Shown in pieces: positions 1-12,540 of a stretch of 64,000 nucleotides of DNA. Source of the DNA: Gekko japonicus. Lineage: Eukaryota. A program made the translations under genes and the position numbers. The notes beneath the pieces are model-generated. The model was not told where the DNA came from and searched no databases. It saw only the letters and a list, made by a program, of their open reading frames with translations. Where the stretch lies: NCBI RefSeq assembly GCF_001447785.1, contig NW_015169184.1:767453-831452 (forward strand), in the 5' to 3' direction. Every line of letters starts with the position of its first letter. The stretch's first letter is position 1.

Positions 1-264
1 TCTCTTTCTTTCCTCCTTCTGTGGCCCAACTCTAGTGAGAAGGGGTTTAAACTTTAAACCCATTCTCTCTTCACTCCCCCCCCCCAGGCCTGCTGGGGAA
101 GGGAAGGGGAGGCTTTTGAAGATGCCTCTCCCCCTTTTGCTTCCCCTTCTGACATCACTTCCGGTGATGTCAGGGGGCATGGTATATGCTAATAGCCTAG
201 TCTCTCATCAGCATACCTTATGTTAATGAGCTCCTGCAGCTTTTTTTCTACGAAAAGACCCCTG
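1..264. mobile_element. Right end of hAT-type MITE (same family as 51446-51652)
   Basis: Shares ...GCATATGCTAATGAG...TTTTTCTACGAAA(T/A)GACCCCTG end. Confidence 0.7.
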
Positions 265-613
265 CATACCAGTATTGGTATTTGGGAATATCAGGAAATA
301 CCAATATTTTTTGGGTTCAATATACCTGAACCCGAAAAATACCATGTTGTTTTTTGCACACCCTCTAGTTAAGGCTAAATGGTTGAATAAAGAACAGAAT
401 TTCTAAGAAATTCTGGTTATCTTTTTCTTTCTTTCTTTTTTAACTTATAAGCAATTGTAATGCAAGTTTTGATTTCCTGGAAAATGTACTTTGGAACCAA
501 AGCTCTGTACCCACTCCTACTCTTGGCAAACAGTTCAGGCACCAATCAATGTATGCAACGAAAAAGAAAGAGCTTCAGAGTGTCAGGTAAGAGAGTTTCC
601 CAACCATGCTTAC

Positions 614-771
614 TTCAAAATTGTAGCTTAGGCAGAGTTCCAGAGACTGAGAGCAGAGTTTGAAGTTGTTTTGCAACAAATAAACCTGAGCCATAAGAAG
701 GTGAGCCTCGGCGTCAGCAGGGTTCTTTTCAAGACAATGCTGTAGGATACTTCGGGATGCTTCCGAATTCC
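614..771 (-). CDS. TTC21B: TTC21B coding exon 13 (gene continues beyond window start)
   Basis: 158 nt, AG...GT boundaries; G|[52 protein letters not shown] resembles TTC21B TPR region; in frame with exon 12. Confidence 0.93.
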
Positions 772-1114
772 CTGCGCAAGTTCAAGAGAACCAAAAAAGA
801 GAAAGAGAAACAAGATCACATCTTCACAAGCAGTTTTAAAACTACAGATGTGAGACAATCGATTGTCGCCATCATAGTATACACCCCCTCTCCCCACAAC
901 CACCCGCAATAGAGAGTGGATGATCGAGACCTGATATTTTTGATATTTAGAAGATACAAAAAACGAAAGCAGAAACCAATTCTATGCAATAGGATACAGA
1001 TCATTTAAGTCACGGCTAAACATCATCACTTGGCTGACATGTGGGTGCTCTCCTAAGCAGAGCTGCACCATTCTAAGCTCACTGACTTTTAAGGGTATTA
1101 CTCTGCTTAGGACA

Positions 1115-1756
1115 TGTCATGGGTCAGCCAGGACGCATCAACAGCGAGGACTCGAGCAGAAGAGGACTCCTCAGGAGAAGAAGAGCCTCAGGAAATCAGC
1201 TCTGAGCCAGCAGAAACCGGCAAGCAAGAAGATGAGCTGCAGGCTTGACAGATTTCACAGGTGACGAGTGATGCAAAGCCACCAGCACCTTCCAGCCCAG
1301 GTCCAACAGAGGAAACCCAGGTGGTCGTTACCAGTCCTCCAGTTTCACCCACACCTCTTGAGTGCCAGAGATGAAGGCTTAGAATAGACCTTCAGGAGAG
1401 AAGACAAGGCACATGTCTCCTGGCCTGATGCCAGCTGCTTTCTGATGATGAGTTGCAGGGTTACTCCCAAGCAGCTGGCTGCAAGTAAGACTTTTCAACA
1501 GAGGCCTATAAAAGCCAGTGAAGGGAGACTGCTGGATGCAGAAGCTACAAGTCACCAACCTCTTGACTCAGTGACCACAGCTCTGAACTCTGCTGCTTTT
1601 CCTGCGACCCTCTTGACTCTGGAATCTTCCTCCCTACACTATAGCGCTCTGAACTAGACTCTGCTCTCTCAGTAACTGACCTTTGGACTGAACTTTGACT
1701 CTGACCCTGGAATTTGGCTTGGACTGACCCTGGATTCTGACAGGATGGCCTTGACA
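1115..1756 (+). mobile_element. Probable solo LTR (TGTCA...TGACA)
   Basis: 5-bp inverted termini, TATA-like CTATAAAAG ~1506, internal GGACTG repeats; no clear TSD. Confidence 0.5.
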
Positions 1757-1837
1757 GTGCTTTATGAATCACACACTAAAGACCAAGTTATGCTTTCCCA
1801 CTATCTTATTTGCACGGTTCAGACAGTGAGGCATTAC

Positions 1838-1967
1838 CTGTCAAGTATTTCACCTTCGCAGCCAAATAAGCAGCTTGCAGGAGACCTGGAACAGTTTTCA
1901 CCACTGTTTCAAGGACTGAAGCACACGGTTTGAGAAGGGGAGAAGGCGGCTGCCCTGGACCTGCAGG
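1838..1967 (-). CDS. TTC21B: TTC21B coding exon 12
   Basis: 130 nt, TTTAG|...|GTAAT; [43 protein letters not shown](G). Confidence 0.95.
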
Positions 1968-2590
1968 CTAAAGATGAACACACTTATTGAGAAATTGGTT
2001 TTAAGGTATCTTGATTTATTATGCTGCCACAGGGCAGGCAGAAAGCTTTTTTAAAAAGTCTTGATGAAACATCTGACCTGAGAAGAGAAATTCTTCTGTG
2101 CTTTCATCAAATGTGACAGTCCCATCCTTGAGTCAGGACTGGCTTCCAGCCATGCACAGTGCTGAGACATTTGTGTAAATGCGGATATACTCCCTACCTC
2201 CTGACTGTGGCACGGATCACCTTTTTTCAAGCTGAAAGCACCTTGAGGGCTGATGATGGAAGTAAAAGCAATTCTACCCAAATAAATTTTTAGTTTCCTG
2301 TTTCATTAAAAAACACACACACACACACAGTTGGTTAGAATGAGCATTCTACCAATATTTTGCAAAGCGCTTGGGAGTTCACACAACACAACTCCCCCAT
2401 ATATTTGGTGGTCCTAACCCAGAACATCAATAAATATTTGATTCCTGAAAATTTCAAAAGCAAGATTCAAGTCTAGTAGCTCCATAAAGACCAACAAGAT
2501 TTCTAAAGATAATCTTTCTGTCATGCCTGCCCCTGCTGATGTCATGCCTGCCTTTGCTGATGCAAAACTTATACCCAGGAAGTATTGTTG

Positions 2591-3291
2591 GTCTTTAAAG
2601 CGGCACTGAACTTTAATCTTGCCCTTCTATGGCAGACCAGTATGGTCACCAACCTGAATATCTGAATTGTTCAGGCTGAATTCTGCTCCAGTTCACCACA
2701 TGAATAAACAGTGCATCTAACAAGCAAGGATATCAAACATAGCATGTGTGTGCAGAACACTGTTTGGTCTTCATTACTATACATTTGGTTTTGCCAAAAC
2801 CAGACACAATATGGTTCCACCTCCACCCTCTCCCCGCCTCTTCTCTTGCATGGCACCATAGCAAAACGAGGAGCAGGAAGCATCACCCCATTCCAATTTG
2901 GCTTTACACAGTAGGGATCCCAAGTCCCCCCGGGGGGCGGGGAAACCCCTGCCCCAGAGGCCTGTTCCCAGTCTTTAAAGCGGCACTGTACTTTACTCTT
3001 GCCCTTCTATGGCAGACCAGTACGGTCACCAACCTGAATATCTGAATTTTTCAGGCTGAATTCTGCTCCGGTTCACCACATGAATAAACAGTGTATCTAA
3101 CAAGCAAGGATATTAAACATAGCCTGTGTGTGCAGAACACTGTTTGGTCTTCATTACTATACATTTGGTTTTGCGAAAACCAGACACAATATGATTCCAC
3201 CTCCATCCTCTCCCCGCCTCTTCTCTTGCATGGCACCATAGCAAAATGAGGAGCGGGAAGCATCACCCCATTCCAATTTGGCTTTACACAG
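2591..3291. repeat. 321-bp direct duplication (2591-2911, 2971-3291) around a 59-bp spacer
   Basis: Ungapped, 13 substitutions counted by eye (~96% identity). Confidence 0.95.
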
Positions 3292-3310
3292 CCACATGTA
3301 AAGGTCAATG

Positions 3311-3750
3311 TCAGGGGTCCCAAATCTTTTGGGGCTGGAGGGCACCTTTGGAATTCTGAGACAGGGTGGTGGGCACAACTACAAAATGGCTGCCACAGGA
3401 GGTGGAGCCAACCACAAAATGTCATAACTCTTAATGGCATCTCTTCAAAATTTCAGGAAAAGCTCTGCTTAACAGGATGCCTTTTAGAATGAACATATTG
3501 TTTAAAAATATTTTCTTGCTTATGCACTGCTTACTGTCAGTGAACATCCTTGTCTTGTGGTGGCAGCTGAAGCCAAAGCAACTTTTAAAAAAATATCTCC
3601 TCAGGCCATCAGATCTCTAATGGCCAATCAGAAGCCTACTGGGCCAAAGCTTTACTTGGTCCTGCCCACTTTCTACAAACATTTGGCAGGCATCAGGAAA
3701 GGTGTTGGCAGGCACCGTGTGCCCACAGGCTCAACACTGGGGACCCTTGA
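3311..3750. mobile_element. Old hAT-like DNA transposon remnant
   Basis: Termini TCAGGGGTCCC...GGGACCCTTGA. Confidence 0.45.
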
Positions 3751-4532
3751 TGTTATATCGTGGCAAGTTGTGAATTTGGTGGTGTTCCCTTATTGCACTG
3801 TTTAGTTATTTTCCCCTGGTCCCTTAGGGCCCAAAAGCATGCGCTATAGTTTAGATTCACTTTCCTCTGTTGGTTGTTGGCTGTTAGTTTTTGTTCAAGC
3901 AGAGGCCAGGAAAGGCCCTGCTTTCGTTCCAATAAAACTTTCAACCCATCTGTCACAACGTGCTTGTGGAATTATTACACTGGCGATGAGGATGCTTTGC
4001 AATACCTGGATTACGAGATATTAACCTGAAACCGAATCAGAGCAGTGGCTGTTACTAAGCAGTACTGGCAAGTGTAGTCACCACCACGAAGGCTGCCTCT
4101 GCATGGAGGTTTGGCTCTAAACTGCCTCCCAAACCGTAGTGCTTCCCCCCACCCAAGCTTCTATACAACACCATAATGATGTTTTCCAACTTCTGGCTCT
4201 TCCCTTGTTCTCAGTGCATACTGCAGTTTCCTCCCAAGCTGCTTATGGTGCCATCTTTCTGGGATGGTGTAAAGGCTTTTCCCACCTTCGCTAAGGCTTC
4301 CAAAACAAAAATTCAAAAGTGAGAGGGAAAATGGTTCTCTCTCTCGCTCTCAGGAAGAGGGCAAACAGAACAAAAGTTAAAAAACACAACCCCAAGAGTA
4401 GTCTGCCACCAGGTCCCTTTAAGGTAGTTCCCAACAGCCAGGAGACAAGGGACCCAGGACTCCTGTCTGGTTGCTGGAATTCACAAAGCAAAACAAAGCT
4501 GCAGGTTATAGGGCTGCAGGACAAAAGTCAAA

Positions 4533-4990
4533 NNNNNNNNNNNNNNNNNNNNNNNNNNNNNNNNNNNNNNNNNNNNNNNNNNNNNNNNNNNNNNNNNNNN
4601 NNNNNNNNNNNNNNNNNNNNNNNNNNNNNNNNNNNNNNNNNNNNNNNNNNNNNNNNNNNNNNNNNNNNNNNNNNNNNNNNNNNNNNNNNNNNNNNNNNNN
4701 NNNNNNNNNNNNNNNNNNNNNNNNNNNNNNNNNNNNNNNNNNNNNNNNNNNNNNNNNNNNNNNNNNNNNNNNNNNNNNNNNNNNNNNNNNNNNNNNNNNN
4801 NNNNNNNNNNNNNNNNNNNNNNNNNNNNNNNNNNNNNNNNNNNNNNNNNNNNNNNNNNNNNNNNNNNNNNNNNNNNNNNNNNNNNNNNNNNNNNNNNNNN
4901 NNNNNNNNNNNNNNNNNNNNNNNNNNNNNNNNNNNNNNNNNNNNNNNNNNNNNNNNNNNNNNNNNNNNNNNNNNNNNNNNNNNNNNNNNN
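4533..4990. other. Assembly gap
   Basis: Run of N. Confidence 1.
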
Positions 4991-5450
4991 GGTGGGCTCT
5001 GTATCCTTATATGCTGCTGAGGTGGCCCCCGTATGACAGCCAATGTGACGTAGCAGTCAGGGCTTCAGAGCACAGGAGAGGCTGCAGGTGTGTGGGGGGT
5101 GGAAAGCTGAAGAGTGAGGGGGAAATAAAGGTAGGTTGATAAGTGGCTGGGAAGGAGATGGGTTTGCCAACTCCAGGTGGGAAATTCCTGCAGATGTGAG
5201 GGATGGAGCCTGGAGAGGGTGAGGTTTCAGGAGGCGTGGGATCTCGGACAGGTACAAAGCCATAGACTCTACCCTCCAAAATAACTATTCCCTTCTGAGG
5301 AACCATCGCTGCCAATCTCCAGGTGAGGGCTGGAGATCACTCAAAATTACAACTGTTCTTTAGGGTAGCAGAGATCAGTTCCTCTGGAGAAAATGGTGGA
5401 CTCAGTGTCATTATACCCTGCTGAGGTCGCCACAGCACACTGACACTGAG

Positions 5451-6459
5451 TGTCCAAGGCCGGGGCATTCACCCAGAGCCTCTTTCTAGAGATTGTTGTA
5501 TTTATTTCCACAACGGGCCTTTTCCCTAGTAAAATATATTTTAGTTTATTAGGTGCACATAACACATAAGAACAAGACAAGGCTAGTGAAGAATTACAAA
5601 ATAAGAAACTCTAAGCTTATCCAGCCTAACTGAACTCTGAAGCAAGCATATTACCTCTCCACAGATATTCATGGTGCAGTTGGTCAGCAAGCATAGCAAA
5701 ACAAAGTCCATCAGGTTCCAAAAGTCAGAAGCATAATTGCTGGGTTCTTGCTACTGGACCAAGTTAGGCTCAGTAACACAGACCAGCTAGCCATTATTGA
5801 AATACAGCTATTCTTATAGGAAACTGACCCCGTCCTTGGGTTAAGACAATACCCAATCATAAGTCAGAGCAGTGATGTCAACTTATTGGTTGCCATGCCA
5901 ATTACATCCCATCATATGCAATCTATCCCAGCAGCCTTTAGGCCTCTTTCCCAGAATGCTTAGAGCATGGAAAAATACTTTGCTCCAACCTCCCACATCC
6001 AGGTGGTACCAAATTAATTGGAAGGAATGTGTTTGATGGTCAACACCAGAACACTCTTATCATTCCCAGCTGAAAGCAATTCTGCAAGATCACTAAGAGC
6101 TTGCAGAGTTATCTCTGTATCCGGGCAGAAGATTCACTCATTTGTCAATGAGGGCAGTTTTATTGCAGGCCCTAAATCCAGACCTGAACTCCTAGGTCAT
6201 GAAAACACTTACACTTAGGCAAACATGACCTGAGAGGTTNNNNNNNNNNNNNNNNNNNNNNNNNNNNNNNNNNNNNNNACGCTTAGGCAAATATGACCTG
6301 AGAGGTTAAAGCAATACTTACAATTTAAGAGAACCTAAAAAGGTAAAGAACCTAAACTATGGATTAAACAGACAGTTGGCAATTAAGAAAGCATATTCTT
6401 TACAGATGGTTGTACTCTAAGCAGGTTTGGTCACTGTGTGGATGTGAAATTCCGGGACA
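5451..6459 (-). mobile_element. LTR (~1 kb; contains a 39-N gap at 6240-6278)
   Basis: TGTCC...GGACA termini; minus-strand order CCAAT (~5885), TATAAG (~5815), AATAAA (~5501); G-run directly upstream resembles a polypurine tract; no TSD. Confidence 0.55.
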
Positions 6460-6537
6460 CCCCCCCCCCCCAATATAGGGGCCATTTCCCCTTCCTATCT
6501 CATTGTAGCTACCATGTAGCTACCATGAGTATGACAA

Positions 6538-6790
6538 CCAGTTTGGTGTAGTGGTTAAGAGCATGGACTCTAATCTGGAAGAACCGGCTTTGATTCCCCT
6601 CTCCTTCGTATGCAGCTGCTGGGTGACCTTGGGCAAGCCACAGTTCTCTCAAGAGCAGTTCTCTCAGAGCTCTCTCAGGCCCATCTATCCCACACGGTGT
6701 CTGTTATGGGGAAAGGAAGGGAAGGAGATTGTAAACTGCTCTGAGACTCCGAGTGAAGGGCAGGATATAAATCCAATCTCTTCTTCTCTT
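6538..6790 (+). mobile_element. Squam3-type tRNA-derived SINE
   Basis: tRNA head TGGTGTAGTGGTTAAG...GGTTTGATTCC, (TTC)n tail; multiple copies in window. Confidence 0.85.
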
Positions 6791-7000
6791 TTTCATTTCA
6801 TACCCCCCAACACTGGCAGGGTTTTTTAATTAGTAGCTGTGAAAAACTGGTAGTGTTAATACAATGACAGCATAGCTACTACTACTGTTGAAAAATGAAA
6901 TCATAATAAAGGGTTCTATTTTAGAAGGAGAAGAAGAACCACTCTACCACCTTACACTACATACTGCCACAAGGACTGTAACCTAACTTTCACTCAACCG

Positions 7001-7147
7001 CACTGGCAATCCATTTGGCTTACTACTCTTGTCAAATCTAAAAGTGCTAATGAGTTATGCTAATGAGTTCCCCTAGCTCTTTTTCTACGAAATGACCCCT
7101 GCACACTGGCAATCCATTTGGCTTACTACTCTTGTCAAATCTAAAAG
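7001..7147. repeat. 44-bp direct repeat flanking a 57-bp hAT-MITE right end
   Basis: 7001-7044 = 7104-7147; insert 7045-7101 matches the end of MITE 51446-51652. Confidence 0.9.
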
Positions 7148-7878
7148 AGTGGTTATCAAAACACAATTCTTAAGTTATTAACTCAGTGGTATCTCACACC
7201 ACAAAAGCTATACCATATGCAATCATCAGCCTCACCTCTTTGCTGGAGGGGTTGTGGGGAAACAGGTTCGTACTGGCACTGTTGGTAGAGCAGCAAGCAT
7301 GTCCAATCATTTTGGTGAATAATTACTCAACAAATCTATAAAATCAGAGCTTTCCAACTACCTTTTGAAGCAACAATACTATTACTAAATACATGGCAAG
7401 TTGGCCCCTCACACCCACCTCACAAAGTATTAATCAACCTCCTATGTGTGGCAGCTAGATTTTTGTTAGCAAAATCCTGGAAGAGCAACACAAAACTAGC
7501 CACCTCAGACTGGCTAAATAGGGTGTGTGAATTCTGTTTAATGGATAAACTTTCTGACTCTATTTTGTCTCAGAAAACAGACTCATTTAATTTGTAATTG
7601 TCATCAATCTGGTTCCCTTTCTTGGAATATTTATCTACCAAAGAGGATTATATTTCAATATTAGGTATGATAAATACGATCTATTGATATGTTCACTGTG
7701 ATGTTTAATACACAAGTTTACTCTCTAAAAATGTCATTGTCATCGTATTCACACTGTCTACCGTGCAGTTGTTACCTCGTGCAACAGTTCTGTACATATT
7801 TCGATTGTGTATGTTTTTGCATGTTATCAATAAAGTGTGTTTAAACAAAAAAGAAGAAGAAGAATCCCGGCTGCTTAC

Positions 7879-8079
7879 CTGTGTTGGGCAAAAATTAAGG
7901 TATTCTTTAATAATTTCAAGCAAAAAGTCAGGATTTAATTTCTCAAAGTATTCTACGCCAAGAGGTAAGCCTTGCAAAGATGAAAAATGAGCATCAAGTA
8001 CATCATTCAACAGGCTAATAACTTCTTCTTGTCTTTTGTGTCTCTTCATAGCCAAAACTGCTCGCAAGTATGATAGTTC
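7879..8079 (-). CDS. TTC21B: TTC21B coding exon 11
   Basis: 201 nt, AG/GTAAG; [67 protein letters not shown]. Confidence 0.96.
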
Positions 8080-8544
8080 CTATGAAGAAAAAAAAATTGC
8101 ATAAAACATTCATCAGTTACAATTGGGCTTGTCTGGTAGCAACTAAAAACTGTTCAGGACATCAAGTGAGGACCCAGTGTCTCTCTTACCCACAGCATTT
8201 TTCTCAGAATGGTTTTAATCTGGACAGGCACAGTTCAAAATTGTCTGAATTCTCATCGGTTGTAATGGCAGTACATCTGTGCCAGAAGCTTCCAGCTTTG
8301 TTCCACAAGCAGTTCTGCTGCTTGGGTCCTCATCGCAACCATCAAAGGTCTAGAAATCAGTTCAAAGGACTGCCTATCTGTGTGGCCTTCAGAAGGATCT
8401 CTTTTTATTTAATTCTTCCTTGCCCTGAAGTTGTCATAGGAAATGGAAGGAAGCTGCAGTTGCCTTAAGAGAAAATAGGCTTGAAAATAAATGCTGATGT
8501 ATAGAATTTACTTTGAAAGCTGTGCTAGATTGCTTATGCATATT

Positions 8545-8823
8545 AGAAGAACAGAAGAAGAAGAAGAAGAAACTGGATTCATACCCTGCCCTTCACTACC
8601 CAAAGTCTCAGAGTGGCTTACAATCTCTTTTCCCTTCCCCTCCCCACAACAGACACCCTGTCAGGTAGATGGTGCTGAGAGAGCTCTTTCCAGAACTGCC
8701 CTTGAAAGAACTTGTGACTGACTCAAGGTCACACCAGCAGCTGCATGTGGAGGAATGGAGAATCAAACCCGGTTCACCCAGAGTAGAGTCCGTACTCCTA
8801 ACCACTACACCAAACTGGCTCTC
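8545..8823 (-). mobile_element. Squam3-type SINE
   Basis: Reverse complement of the 9795 copy family; (GAA)n on plus strand. Confidence 0.85.
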
Positions 8824-9794
8824 TTTATTAGTAAACTCCCTCTTTATCCACTTGATGAAAGAAGGGGCACTTTACTAATGCCCAAATGCCATCCTTCCTT
8901 CAAATGTTCTGGGGATGAGCTTTGACAGTACGGAAGTTCTAGATCAAGTTCTAGCAAGCTGTGTTTCAAAAAGGGGGTTGGGAAGAGGAGGATAATATGG
9001 ATGCTTACTTGCAAAGCCCTGCACAGTTTTCTATCTATAGACTGCCTTTTTATTCTGCCCTTCCTCCATGGGGCTCAAAGTGTTGTACGTGGTTCTCCCT
9101 CCCTCTCTCTTGTCCCTACAACAACCCCAGGAGGTAGGTGAGGGTGAGAGAAAGGGACTACTCCCAGGTCAGCCAATGAGCTTCATGACTTTGAACCCAA
9201 GGCTCCTAGGTTCCGGTGCATTCCCTGAGCCACTATATCTCAATGGCTCTTCTTGTACTAACAATACAAACTTCAGCAAAGATACACCCTTCTGAGCCCA
9301 TTGAAGTCAATGGGCTTAGAAGGATGCAACTCTGCATAGGACTGTATTGTAAATGCCATTCTGTGGGGGAAAGATTGCCATGTTGTCTTTGGCCTGCTGG
9401 CATCTGTGAAAGGGAATTAGCCATGGAACTATAGTTATACCTCTGCTATATACTCCCTTCGGTGGGGTTTTATCAAATTATTTTTAAATCCCCCAACATT
9501 TTCCTCTTCTGGATTTTTTAAAACTTTTTTCGTTGTTTTTAATATTTCATAGTCCCAGAATATCTGGGTTTTAAAGATCTGTGGTTTCCAAGAGCTAAAT
9601 TCAGACACTCCCCGTATTACCTGCCCCAGGTAGTTTTAGGTTGAACTCTGTGTCAAGTGAACCGGTTACTAAATTTTTTGTCAACTAGGAAGGTTGTCTT
9701 AAATGAGTTTTAAAACAAAATAAAATAGTTTTCAAATTTAAAATAACACCTCAAAACATTTTGATTTGAAGAGATGAATTACAAAAATGTTTCT

Positions 9795-10071
9795 GAGAGC
9801 CAGTTTGGTGTAGTGGTTAAGTGCGCGGACTCTAATCTGGGAGAACCAGGTTTGATTCCCCACTCCTCCACTTGCACCTGCTGATGTGACCTTGGATCAG
9901 TCACAAGCTCTGGCACAGCTGTCCTTGAAAAAGAGCAGTTTGTGTCAGAGTTCTCTCAGCCCCACCCACCTCACAGGGTGTCTGTTGTGGGGAGGGGAAG
10001 GGAAAGGAGTTTGTAAGCCGCTCTGAGACTCCAAGTGAAGGGTGGGATATAAATCCAATCTCTTCTTCTTC
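9795..10071 (+). mobile_element. Squam3-type SINE (young)
   Basis: Full length; ~6 differences from the copy at 19448-19720. Confidence 0.88.
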
Positions 10072-10706
10072 TGTTCTTTGGGAACAGTATCATCTGATTT
10101 TCAAATATAAAATTCTATGGCTGATAGGTAAAGGTGTTTATTGACAGTTATCAAATCTCTAGTTCACTGGATCCAGTTATATTCTATTGCACTGTCATAC
10201 CAATACATGTAAGCTGCCTAGGCCAAGAAGATTTCCCACTGAGCAGAAACGATGCATGCATTTAAATGTGAGAAAGCAGGCATTCCTTGCCTGAAAATCC
10301 AAAACTGAACACTACCCGGCCAAAAATAGCAAAAGAAGAGTAGATCCCCTTGATTACGATCACAGCCACTGTAGTGCATTGTTTACAGCACTGGATTAGG
10401 ATTGGAGAGACCAGAGTTCAAAACCCTGCTCAGCCACAAAGTTTAGTGGGTGACCTTGGGCCAGTCACTCTTGTCTTAGCCTAATCTATTTCATAGGGTT
10501 GTTGCAGGGATAAGATGGGGGACAGAGAGCCATGAACAACACTGTGAACTCCTTAGTGGAAGGGCAGGATAAAAATGAGAGACGGATGGATTAGACTGGA
10601 TGACATCCTCTGCCAACTAAATATTGCAACACAGCAAATATCATTAGAGCCGCATCTTCGGTGAGACGAAAATCAAAAGCACTTCTGGAAAGGATTGTTC
10701 TCTTAC

Positions 10707-10804
10707 TGCCGATTTTCCAATAGACTGCTGGATCTCACTCAGGAACTCCAATTGCTGTTCTACGTCGTCTAACTTCCCTTCCATTAGCTGGCATCGGATA
10801 ATCC
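10707..10804 (-). CDS. TTC21B: TTC21B coding exon 10
   Basis: 98 nt, ACAG|...|GTAAG; (G)[32 protein letters not shown]. Confidence 0.95.
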
Positions 10805-11093
10805 CTGTAATGCAAAATCATCTCGTTCCAGTTTTACTTTTACAGAGCAACATTCAGAGTTTCATATTCCTTTGTCATTGATCGGGCTTCTCAGAATACA
10901 GGAACACCATAAACTCAAAAAAGAGAGAGAGAGAGAGTCGGGGGGGAATCAACAAATAACAAAGCATGATTTTTTTTGGTATTTTTTTAAAAAAGAAAGA
11001 AATCACATACATTCAGTTTGGTAAGTAATTTGTGGAAAAACTGAATGAAATTTTACACGCACTTTGAAATCACATGCATACTTTGAACCATAC

Positions 11094-11286
11094 CAGTTAG
11101 TGCAGGAACGCTCGACTCATCAAGAGCCATAGCAGTCTGGTACCATTTTTCAGCCTCTTTTATTTTCCCTTGTAAGATAACCTGATAACCAAGTTCTGTA
11201 GCAATATCTGCATTATTAGCAGCCATGCTGAAAGCTCTCTCCACCAAAGCTTGAGTCTGCTGAAGGATGAGCTGGTTGCGGCCACA
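11094..11286 (-). CDS. TTC21B: TTC21B coding exon 9
   Basis: 193 nt; CGRNQLILQQTQALVERAFSMAANNADIATELGYQVILQGKIKEAEKWYQTAMALDESSVPALT(G); AG/GT ends. Confidence 0.96.
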
Positions 11287-12334
11287 CTGTAGTTTAAAAC
11301 AAAAACAAAAAAGTTTTTCAAACATGCTTAAATTCTCTCTCTGGTTTAAATTAATCAAAAAGGATCACTCCAGGGCACACTATCCGTCCAAGATTACCTG
11401 TTAACAAAATTCATACAGCCTTTACATCTGTTTGTTTCCAAACAATGCAAACTGCCGTGCTTGTAACTGCATTTTGTCAATCTGTGCTTGTCAATCTGCA
11501 TCTATGCATTTGCAGAGTCCCAGAAGAAGATTTATGTCACTATTTGTTGGCCTGTCCACTTTGTTCAGCTCCTGGGCAAAAATTCTTAGACACAGTTCTG
11601 ACTAGCTTAGGCCCAGGAGAAAGTTTGCCTTAGCTGCCAAGAAAATTCGATCCAAAGTTAGTGCCTAAAAGCTAGGCCAGCAAAATGTTACTCTTTTCTA
11701 AATCCAGCCAGATGAATATTCGAATTACTACTTCTATTTAATGTATTTTAATTGGTATGAAAATCTAACTTTTAATAGTGTATGGTAACAATCCAGTTGT
11801 ATTGTTCCGTTCACTCATTGTTACTTTTGTTCTTGCTTGTTCTTGTTCGTAACAGGCTTTGGCTCAATACAATAAAACCTAACTGAACAGAAATGAGGAC
11901 TAAACAAAAGTGTGCAATGACAACAAAAATTCTTTACAGACCACAACTGAAACAATCGTCTGACTAACCTTCCTTGTGTTATTAGGTGTGACTGAATGCA
12001 CAGACTGAAGTTCTGATTTTTCCACCTAGATAGCTTTATGGCAAAACTGTAGAAGCCCAAGTACCTACTGTGCCTCCAGCAGCTTTTAACAAACTCCAGT
12101 TAGGATGTCAGAGGGACCGTTTCGTGGAAAGGAAAGGTCTTGCCATGATAATCTAGGCTGTGGTCATGTCTAGGTTAGATACTACAATGTGCTCTAAGTC
12201 TAACTGCCTCTGAAGATTCCCTGAAAATTTCAGCAGGTTCAAAAAATGTGGTAGCAAGTTTGTTGGCAGGGATAGGCTGCTGCAAAATGTGTTGCAAGTA
12301 TTATTTTGCCTTCCAGCTTGTTTTGTACATACAT

Positions 12335-12540
12335 ATGCAGCTGCCTTATACTGACTCAGTCCACTGGTCCATTAGGATCAGTATTGTCTTCTCACACTGA
12401 CAGCAGCTGTCCAGGGTTTCAGCAGAAGCCTTTCACATTGCCTCCTACCTGATTCTTTTAAGAGGGAATGCTGGGAACTGAACCGAGGGGACCTTCTGCA
12501 TGCCAAGCAGATGCTCTACCACACAGCCACAGTCCCCTCC
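12335..12540 (-). mobile_element. Squam2-type tRNA/CR1-tail SINE
   Basis: GGTAGAGCATCTGCTTGGCATGCAGAAGGTCC head; CAGTATAAGGCAGC tail. Confidence 0.7.

Noticed and set aside
4319-5139. Long ORFs spanning 4319-5139 (and 53126-53900)
   Set aside because: Their length comes from N gaps translated as X.
6211-6307. 29-bp repeat on both sides of the 39-N gap
   Set aside because: Likely contig-end overlap of two alleles or an LTR-internal repeat; cannot be resolved here.
9795-9870. tRNA-like sequences (here and at other SINE heads)
   Set aside because: They continue into SINE bodies and tails; they are not tRNA genes.
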